A stretch of DNA of 36,195 nucleotides, taken from Burkholderiales bacterium. GTDB lineage: Bacteria > Pseudomonadota > Gammaproteobacteria > Burkholderiales > SG8-41. Location: positions 1 through 36,195 of the forward strand of contig JAHCLD010000002.1 in assembly GCA_026125585.1 (NCBI GenBank), in the 5' to 3' direction. Below the pieces are notes generated by a model, which was not told the origin of the DNA, did not search any database, and saw only the letters and a program-made list of their open reading frames with translations. A program made the translations under genes and the position numbers. Below, piece after piece: positions 26,916 through 33,579 of this stretch (positions within the stretch are counted from its first letter, which is position 1; each line of letters opens with the position of its first letter).

Positions 26916-28450
26916 TCAGTAGCTCGTCGGCCAGGCGCGCATCAGGTGCTGGCCCACGCCCCTGGTCATGCGCAGCTTGTAGACGTCGAGCATGCGGATC
27001 AGGTAGTCGCGCGTGTCCTGCGGCCGGATCACCGACTGCGCGGCGTACACGGCGGCCAGGCCCCAGACGTCCGCGCCCTTGCGGATGTCGGCCAGCGCCT
27101 CCTCGAAGCCCGGTTCGCCGTGGCCGACGCCATGCACGATCTTGGTCGCAAAGTCGGGGCTCATGAAGCTGACTTCCGCGGTCGGCCAGGCGCCGACCTC
27201 GTCGGAGTGGCGGCCGCCGCCCATGCAGACATAGGCTCGGCCGTAGCTCTTGCGCACGATCACCGACAGGTGCGCATGGTGACCATCTGCAGGGCGTGCA
27301 TGAAGTTCATGATCTTGCCCGGCGCACCGGCGCGTTCGGCCTCGGTCCCGATCTGGAAACCCGGGGTGTCGACCAGCATCACGAAGGGGATGTTGAACGA
27401 GTCGCACATCACGATGAAATCGACGATCTTGCGGCAGGCGTCGGCATCGAGCGCGCCGCCGCGGTGCAGCGGGTTGTTGGCGATGATGCCGACCGACTTG
27501 CCGCCGAGGCGCGCGAGCGCCGTCACCGCGCTCTTGCCGAAACGCGGCTTCATCTCGAACAGCGAGTCCCTGTCGACGATGCACTTGATGACCCGCTTCA
27601 TGTCGTACACCTGCGTGCGGCTCTCGGGCAGGATGTCGAACACTTTCGCCATGTCGGCGCCGGAACCCGCGGGCACCGGCGCTTCCGGCGGCGCTTCGCG
27701 GTGGTGGCCGGGCATGTACGACAGGAATTTCTTGATCTGGTCGAACACCTCTTCCTCGGTGTCGGCCACCTGGTCGACGAGGCCCGTGACTTCGGCGTGC
27801 AGGCGCCAGCCGCCAAGCTCTTCGGCCGAGACCTTCTCGCCCAGCGCCATCGACACCAGCCCGGGACTGGACACCGCCATGATCGCGCTCTTGTGCATGA
27901 TGGCGAAGTCGGACTGGCACATCAGCCAGGTCGACGAGCCGAAGGACGGGCCGAAGGCCGCCGCCGCGGTGGGCACTTCGCGCAGGCGACGGAACTGGGT
28001 GTTGTCGTTGCCCAGCAGCAGTCCCATGCCGCGCGACCCCATCGCGTCGGGCAACCGCGCGCCGGTGGATTCCCCGATCAGCACCAGCGGCATGCCGCGC
28101 TCGACCGCGGTGCGTTTCATGTGCGAGATCTTCTTGCTGTTGGTGGCCGAGGTCGATGCGCCTTTCACCGTGAAGTCGTTGACCACCAGGCAGACGTCAC
28201 GCTCATTGATGCGGCCGAAGCCGGCGAGCTTGCCGTCCGTCTGGGTCTCGTCCTCCATCTCCGGATACACCGCCGAGGAACCGAACAATCCGGACTCGAT
28301 GAACGAGCCCTTGTCCATCAGGTAGTCGATGCGCTGGCGCGCATTCCACACCCCCTTGGCCGTGCGCTTGGCATATTTCTCCTCACCGCCGCCGGCCAGT
28401 GCCTTGGCGCGACGGGCTTCATATTCCTGCAGCAATGCTTCGAATGCCAT
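26916..28450 (-). pseudogene. carboxyltransferase subunit (CT2, divergent paralog, about 511 codons) interrupted by a 1-nt frameshift near 27273-27274
   Basis: ORF 27260..28450 (N-terminal 396 aa: FTVKGASTS, SSPGLV, GIIANNP, DTPGFQIGTEAE) ends ...ALQMVTMRTCR*. ORF 26916..27920 continues in another frame with HLSVIVRKSYGRAYVCMGGG to the C-terminus. Confidence 0.8.
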
Positions 28451-28484
28451 TGAATCGATTCCGTTATGTCAACAAATCGTGGGT

Positions 28485-28514
28485 TAAAAAATAATCAATA
28501 AAATCAATATGTTA
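28485..28514 (-). repeat. AT-rich element copy in the spacer upstream of CT2; on the - strand it reads CATATTGATTTTATTGATTATTTTTT
   Basis: Shares the 12-mer CAATAAAATCAA with copies A and B. AATCAATATGTTA matches WATCAANNNNTTR. It overlaps the CoA-transferase stop codon. Confidence 0.6.
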
Positions 28515-29747
28515 CGATAACTCTGCGCAGACTTCGCCCTGTGGATCGCTGTAAATCACGCCGGCCTTTTCCAGGTCCCGTACTTCGTTCGCGGTCCAGC
28601 CCATCTGCTCCAGCACGCTCCGCGTGTCCCGACCGACGCGCCCTCCGCTTCTGCGGATGCGCCCGGGCGTGCGCGACAACCTGGGCACCGGGCCCGTCAG
28701 CGTCACCGTGCCCAGATCGTCGTCCGGAACTTCGGCCAGCATGCCGCGCTCGCGGAAATGCGGGTCCCGGAAAATATCGGCCACATTGTTGATGCCCATC
28801 GCGGGAACATCCGCCGCGTCCAGGATCCTGCGGATTTCCTCCAGCGTGTGCCGGCCGGCCCAGTCCTGCACGATCCCGTCCAGCGCCTGCTGGTGCCGGC
28901 CGCGCGCGATGGCGTTCGCAAAACGCTCGTCGGCAGGCAGCTCGGGGCGGCCGATGGCCGGCGCAAAGCGGCGGAACACCGTGTTCTGCGCCGCCTGGAT
29001 GTGCACGAACTGGCCGTCGGCCGTCGAGTACAGATTGTTCGGCACGCTGCCGGCAATGCCGGAACCGGCACGGTTGGCAATCTCGCCGAGTTTGTCGTAG
29101 GCCGGCACATGCGGCTCGATGAAGCTGAACGCGCCCTCGGCCAGGGCCGCGTCGACGTACTGTCCTTCGCCGGTCCGGTTGCGATGCAGCAGTGCCATCA
29201 TCGCGCCAAAGGCCGCGTACAGGCCCGTGATGTAATCGGTCAGCGCCACCGCGACGCGCGCCGGCGGACGGTCGGGATCGCCGGTCAGATGCCGCAGCCC
29301 GCTGGCCGCTTCGCAGATGATGCCGTAGCCGGGACGCGCGCTGTAGGGGCCGGTCTGACCGAAACCGCTGATGCGGACCATGACCAGATCCGGGCGCAGC
29401 CGCGACAGGTCGGCATAGCCCAGCCCCCATTTTTCGAGGCCGCCCGGACGGAAATTCTCGACGACCACGTCGCATTGCGGCACCAGCCTGCGCACCAGCG
29501 CCTGCCCCCGGGCATGGCGCAGATCGACCGAGATCAGTTTTTTGTTGCGCAGGATGCTGGCCGCATACAGCGACTTGCCCTTGAACCGCTTGCCCGCGGA
29601 GCGCACGCCGTCGCCTTCCCGCGGTTCGATCTTGATCACCTCCGCCCCGAAGTCGGCGAACAGCCGGCCGCAGAAGGGCCCGGCGATGGTGGAACCCATC
29701 TCCAGGACGCGGTACCCGCTCAGCGGCCCCTGCGGAGAATCACCCAT
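28512..29747 (-). CDS. family III CoA-transferase (CaiB/BaiF), paralog of the gene at 20898..22154
   Basis: Motifs GYRVLEMGSTIAGPFC..FADFGAEVIKIE, VVVENFRPG and GFGQTGPY. Confidence 0.85.
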   Translation of the reverse strand: MGDSPQGPLSGYRVLEMGSTIAGPFCGRLFADFGAEVIKIEPREGDGVRSAGKRFKGKSLYAASILRNKKLISVDLRHARGQALVRRLVPQCDVVVENFRPGGLEKWGLGYADLSRLRPDLVMVRISGFGQTGPYSARPGYGIICEAASGLRHLTGDPDRPPARVAVALTDYITGLYAAFGAMMALLHRNRTGEGQYVDAALAEGAFSFIEPHVPAYDKLGEIANRAGSGIAGSVPNNLYSTADGQFVHIQAAQNTVFRRFAPAIGRPELPADERFANAIARGRHQQALDGIVQDWAGRHTLEEIRRILDAADVPAMGINNVADIFRDPHFRERGMLAEVPDDDLGTVTLTGPVPRLSRTPGRIRRSGGRVGRDTRSVLEQMGWTANEVRDLEKAGVIYSDPQGEVCAELS

Positions 29748-29759
29748 GCCTTTTTCTTT

Positions 29760-30746
29760 TTATTTGACAAGCCCGATGTCGGTGAGGATGCCCCGCAGTT
29801 CGGCGGCCTGGGTTTCGTAATATTTCGCGGCGTCCTTCGCCGGCAGGTAGTTGCCGTCCCAGTAGCTCGCGGCCAGTTCTTTTTTCCATTCGTCGGACTG
29901 CGAAAGCTTCTGGAACGCGCCTTCCCAGAAAGCGACCTGCGCGGCATTCAGTCCCTTCGGCCCGATCGCGCCCTGCGAGGCGGAAAACGTGCCGTCGATT
30001 CCCTGTTCGCTCCACGTCGGCACAGTGGCCAGCGCGCCGGGCATCCGCTGCGCGGACGTAATGGCGATGACGCGGATCGTGCCGGCCTGCACATGCGCAA
30101 TCACGTTGGGCGTCGTCGACGACACGACGTCGATATGGCCGCCCAGCAGGTTGGTCACCGACTCCCCCGAAGACTTGAAGGCGATGACTTTCATTTTGCG
30201 GATATCCACGCCCGCGGCCTTCATCGCCTTGGCGATGCCGATGTGGATGTGGTTGCCAAGGGTGCTGGCCACGGCGACCGACAGCGAGGACGGATCCTTT
30301 TTCAGGCGCGCGATGAGGTCCGCGCCGGTCTTGATCGGCGAATCCGCCCGCACCGCCACGGTCATGTATTCGTTGAAGAGCAGCGAAATCGGCGTGAAAT
30401 CGCTCCAGGTCAGCGGGCTGGTGCCGACCAGCTTGTTGGTCAGCAGCGTGTACGGCGCGATCGACACGTAGTGGCCGTCCCCGGCGTGCTGGTTGATATA
30501 GTTCCAGGCGATGGTGTTGCCGCCGCCGGGCTTGTTCATGACGATCGTGCTGACTTCGACGATTTTCTTCTCCTGCCAGATGCGCTGGACCGCGCGGTTG
30601 GCGCGGTCGACCGCGCCGCCGGCCGCGGTGCCCGAGATGATTTCGACATTGCGCTCGGGCTTCCATGTCGCCTGCGCCATGACCGTCGTCGCGGCAGCCA
30701 GCGCCAGGCCTGCGCCGGTCAGGGTTTTCAGCAAGGTTTTTTTCAT
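29760..30746 (-). CDS. TctC family periplasmic substrate-binding protein
   Basis: ATG 30746 (MKKTLLKTLTGAGLALAAATTVMA) preceded by GGAGGAGG. Mature part QATWKPERNVEIISGTAAGG. The upstream part of ORF 29760..31109 overlaps the CT3 gene. Confidence 0.85.
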   Translation of the reverse strand: MKKTLLKTLTGAGLALAAATTVMAQATWKPERNVEIISGTAAGGAVDRANRAVQRIWQEKKIVEVSTIVMNKPGGGNTIAWNYINQHAGDGHYVSIAPYTLLTNKLVGTSPLTWSDFTPISLLFNEYMTVAVRADSPIKTGADLIARLKKDPSSLSVAVASTLGNHIHIGIAKAMKAAGVDIRKMKVIAFKSSGESVTNLLGGHIDVVSSTTPNVIAHVQAGTIRVIAITSAQRMPGALATVPTWSEQGIDGTFSASQGAIGPKGLNAAQVAFWEGAFQKLSQSDEWKKELAASYWDGNYLPAKDAAKYYETQAAELRGILTDIGLVK

Positions 30747-30766
30747 CACAATCCTCCTCCGGATGA

Positions 30767-32335
30767 TCAGGGTCTGACACCGCTTTTGAATTTGGGCCCC
30801 AGCTGCGAACGCAGACGGCCCTGCAGGGCATCGATGAACTGGCAAAGGTACGGCCGCGTCTCGCGCGGATCGATGATGTCCTCGACGGCAAAGGCCTCGG
30901 CGGTGCGGAAGGGCGAGGCCAGCCGTTTCAGTTCCGCCTCCAGTTCCTTTTCCCGGGCGGCGGGATCGGGCGCGCTTTCGATTTCGCGCCGGTAGGCCGC
31001 CTTGACGCCGCCTTCGACCGGCAGCGAGCCCCATTCGGCGGAAGGCCAGGCGATCTTGAAATTGAGCCCGCCGCGATCGGTGAAGCCGCCGCCTGCCACG
31101 CCATAACACTTGCGGATCAGCACCGAAAACACCGGAACGCTGACCTGGAATCCGATGAAGCGGGCGCGCACGCCTTCGCGCAGGATCGCGTCGGACTCGG
31201 ATTCGACGCCGACCATCAGCCCCGGAACGTCGGCAAACAGGATGATCGGGATGTTGAACATGTCGCAGAGCTCGGTGAAATGCCCCTGCTTGCGCGCCGC
31301 CTTGTAATCCACGATGCCGCCGACCATCGGATTGCTGGCGACGATGCCGACCACTTTGCCGTTCATGCGGGCAAAGCCGGTAATCACCGCACGGCCGAAA
31401 GTCGGCTGGATTTCGAAGAAGGAGCCGCGGTCGACGATCATGCCGATCAGCTTCTTCATGTTGTAGGCCTGGCGGCCGGAGCGCGGCACGATGCTGGCCA
31501 GCGCGTCCTCGCAGCGGTCGACCGGATCGCCGCTGTCGACGACCGGCGGCAGTTCCCAGACGTTCTGCGGCATGTACGACAGGAAACGGCGGATCTGCTC
31601 GAAGCAGTCCTGCTCGCTTTCGGCCACGTTGTCGATGGTGCCGGCGGTATCGACGGCAACCCTGGTGCCGCCGAGTTCGTCCTTGTGCAGCCTCTGTCCG
31701 AACGCGCGTTCGACCACGGGCGGCCCCGCGGCGAAGATCTGGCCGCTGCCTTTCACCATGATCGACCAGTGCGACAGGATCGCGCGCATCGAAGGCCCGC
31801 CGGCAGTGGTGCCCATGACCGCGCTGACGACCGGAACGATGCCCAGCAGGTCGACGGAACGCTCCATGCCGTCCTGGCCGTAACCCGGAACCACGGTATA
31901 ACCCTTGCGCCGCGCGGTGTTGACCGTGCCGCCGGTACCGTCGATCAGATTGACCAGCGGCATGCGGTACTCGTACGCGAGGTCTTCGATGAACCCGCCC
32001 TGCCCGCCCTTGCGGCGGTCGCTGCCGAACCCGGTGCCGGCGCGGATGGTGTAATCTTCGCCGCCGATGGCCACCGGCCGGCCATCGATGCGCGCAATGC
32101 CCATCACGTAGGGTGCCGGTTCAAACGCGGTCAGCCGGCCTTCGGCATCGTAGCTGGCTTTGCCGGCCAGTTTGCCGACCTCACGGAAAGATCCCGGATC
32201 GATCAGCGCGGCAATTCGCTCGCGCACCGTGAGCTTGCCTTGGGCGTGGTGCTTGGCCACGGCCTCCGGACCGCCACAATCCTCCGCCAGCGCACGCCGA
32301 CGATGCAGCTCTTCAATTTCCGGCAGCCAGCTCAT
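30767..32335 (-). CDS. acyl-CoA carboxylase carboxyltransferase subunit (CT3, 522 aa)
   Basis: Collinear with CT1 over its whole length, for example APYVMGIARIDGRPVAIGGED, VPVVSAVMGTTAGG, GIVASNP, DVPGLMVG and LIRKCYGVAGG, with an identical C-terminal ...GVRP. Confidence 0.85.
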   Translation of the reverse strand: MSWLPEIEELHRRRALAEDCGGPEAVAKHHAQGKLTVRERIAALIDPGSFREVGKLAGKASYDAEGRLTAFEPAPYVMGIARIDGRPVAIGGEDYTIRAGTGFGSDRRKGGQGGFIEDLAYEYRMPLVNLIDGTGGTVNTARRKGYTVVPGYGQDGMERSVDLLGIVPVVSAVMGTTAGGPSMRAILSHWSIMVKGSGQIFAAGPPVVERAFGQRLHKDELGGTRVAVDTAGTIDNVAESEQDCFEQIRRFLSYMPQNVWELPPVVDSGDPVDRCEDALASIVPRSGRQAYNMKKLIGMIVDRGSFFEIQPTFGRAVITGFARMNGKVVGIVASNPMVGGIVDYKAARKQGHFTELCDMFNIPIILFADVPGLMVGVESESDAILREGVRARFIGFQVSVPVFSVLIRKCYGVAGGGFTDRGGLNFKIAWPSAEWGSLPVEGGVKAAYRREIESAPDPAAREKELEAELKRLASPFRTAEAFAVEDIIDPRETRPYLCQFIDALQGRLRSQLGPKFKSGVRP

Positions 32336-32340
32336 GACTC

Positions 32341-32385
32341 ACAATATTATTTATAAAAAACAATAACTTATATAAAAGCAAAGGC
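32341..32385 (-). repeat. AT-rich leader upstream of CT3, loosely related to the 25-bp element; on the - strand it reads CTTTTATATAAGTTATTGTTTTTTATAAATAATATT
   Basis: By-eye alignment to TTTTATAAGTATTTGATTTTATTGAATATTTT requires indels. No clear SD before ATG 32335. Confidence 0.4.
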
Positions 32386-32415
32386 TCACTTTTAAATGCT
32401 GGTGACTGCTTGCTT

Positions 32416-32637
32416 TTATTCTTCGACGATGGCCACCACCTGGCCTTCGGCAACCGGGTCCTTTTCCTTGACCAAGATCTCTTTCACCGTACCGCCGTCT
32501 TCTGTGATGACCGGAATTTCCATTATCATGGACTCGATCACGATCAGCGTGTCACCACTCTCGACCTTGTCTCCGGGCTTGGCCTTCAGCTGCCAGACCG
32601 TGCCAGTGATTTCGGATTTGACTTCGATGCGGGCCAT
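32416..32637 (-). CDS. biotin/lipoyl-attachment-domain protein (73-aa BCCP-like carrier) lacking the canonical biotinyl lysine
   Basis: It has the flattened beta-barrel pattern GTVW.L.AKPGDKVESGDTLIVIESMIMEIPV...GTVKEILVKEKDPVAEGQVVAIVE. The SD AAGGAG lies 6 nt before the ATG. The expected E(A/S)MKM reads ESMIM. Confidence 0.8.
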   Translation of the reverse strand: MARIEVKSEITGTVWQLKAKPGDKVESGDTLIVIESMIMEIPVITEDGGTVKEILVKEKDPVAEGQVVAIVEE

Positions 32638-32675
32638 GCGAGACTCCTTGAAATAGGGACGGAAGGTGGAAAAGC

Positions 32676-32704
32676 ATGCTATGCCTGCCCTATATTGTTG
32701 TCAA
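32676..32704 (-). promoter_or_regulatory. candidate sigma70 promoter of the carboxylase cluster (TTGACA-17 nt-TAGCAT)
   Basis: Read on the - strand: -35 at 32699-32704 and -10 at 32676-32681, about 40 nt upstream of ATG 32637. Confidence 0.5.
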
Positions 32705-32748
32705 GAAGATTGTTGACAATAATACAAATTGAATCTATTGTCGCAACA
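32694..32748. promoter_or_regulatory. candidate GntR-family operator boxes: ATTGTTGTCAA (32694-32704), ATTGTTGACAAT (32709-32720, palindromic ATTGT-N2-ACAAT) and ATTGTCGCAACA (32737-32748)
   Basis: Repeated motif overlapping both -35 hexamers and the -10 of the regulator promoter. Box 2 fits the generic GT-Nx-AC pattern of GntR operators. Confidence 0.45.
32713..32741 (+). promoter_or_regulatory. candidate sigma70 promoter of the GntR regulator gene (TTGACA-17 nt-TATTGT)
   Basis: -35 at 32713-32718 and -10 at 32736-32741, about 40 nt upstream of ATG 32781. Confidence 0.5.
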
Positions 32749-32780
32749 GTCCAGTTAATCGAGCGCAAGCCCCACTTCTC

Positions 32781-33491
32781 ATGTCAGCCGTCCATCCTTC
32801 CGTCGAAGTTCTTGCGCAACTGCGACAAGCCGCACCCCTGACGCAGTCGCTGCCCGAGCAAATCGCAGCGAGGCTGTCGGAACGGATCGTGTCCGGCGCC
32901 TATGCACCCGGCCAGCGCATCATGGAGCAGGCCGTCGCCGAGGAATTTGAAGTCAGCCGCGGCCCGGTCCGCGAAGCACTGCGCCTGCTCGAAAAAGACG
33001 GCCTGGTGATGATCCTGCCGCGGCGCGGCGCGCAGGTCACCAATCCGAGCATCGAGGAAGTCAACGAAATCTTCGACATCCGGGCGATGCTCAACGGCCT
33101 GCGCGACCGGCTGATCGCCGAAAGACCGAATCGCACGCAGCTGATCCTCGCGCTTGAGCAGGGCATCGCAAAGCTGGCCGAAACCGCCGCAACGCCGGGG
33201 CCCGGCGACGATTACATCGACATCGTGCTGCGCCTGAACCGGCTGCTGACCCAGGACGCCGGCAATCACCGCCTGCAGACCATTCTGGGTTCGCTCGCGG
33301 TGCAGACCGTGCGCTACACGCGGCTGGGCCTGTCCACGCCGCAGCGCCGGCAGCAGTCCGTGCGCAACTGGCAAAGCCTGCTGCAGGCCATCCGCGACGG
33401 CAACGGCGATGCCGCGGAACGCATTGCGCGCCAGCGCGTGATCGATTCGCGCGACGCCGCGGTCGAACATCTGCGCACCCAGACGGCCTGA
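32781..33491 (+). CDS. GntR family transcriptional regulator (FadR/FCD subfamily)
   Basis: N-terminal winged HTH (PGQRIMEQAVAEEFEVSRGPVREALRLLEKDGLV) and an all-helical C-terminal FCD-like domain. Transcribed divergently from the cluster. Confidence 0.85.
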   Translation: MSAVHPSVEVLAQLRQAAPLTQSLPEQIAARLSERIVSGAYAPGQRIMEQAVAEEFEVSRGPVREALRLLEKDGLVMILPRRGAQVTNPSIEEVNEIFDIRAMLNGLRDRLIAERPNRTQLILALEQGIAKLAETAATPGPGDDYIDIVLRLNRLLTQDAGNHRLQTILGSLAVQTVRYTRLGLSTPQRRQQSVRNWQSLLQAIRDGNGDAAERIARQRVIDSRDAAVEHLRTQTA

Positions 33492-33579
33492 ACTCCGCCG
33501 CGGCTTCGGTCGGTTGTGCCCCCCTGCGGCGGCGCTTAAGATAGCGCCCTTCGCTCCATTTCCACCGGAAATCCATGCC

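Noticed and set aside
26731-26922. 63-aa ORF in the CT2-BC spacer
   Set aside because: It merely spans the 21-bp palindrome region on the non-transcribed strand. It has no SD and an Arg-rich composition. The RNA/DNA structure is the more parsimonious feature.
28758-30995. 745-aa ORF on the + strand, the longest in the track
   Set aside because: It lies entirely antisense to three well-supported - strand genes (CoA-transferase, TctC, CT3). Its composition is Arg/Gly/Ala/Asp-rich with no recognisable motif, which is the usual shadow ORF of GC-rich DNA.
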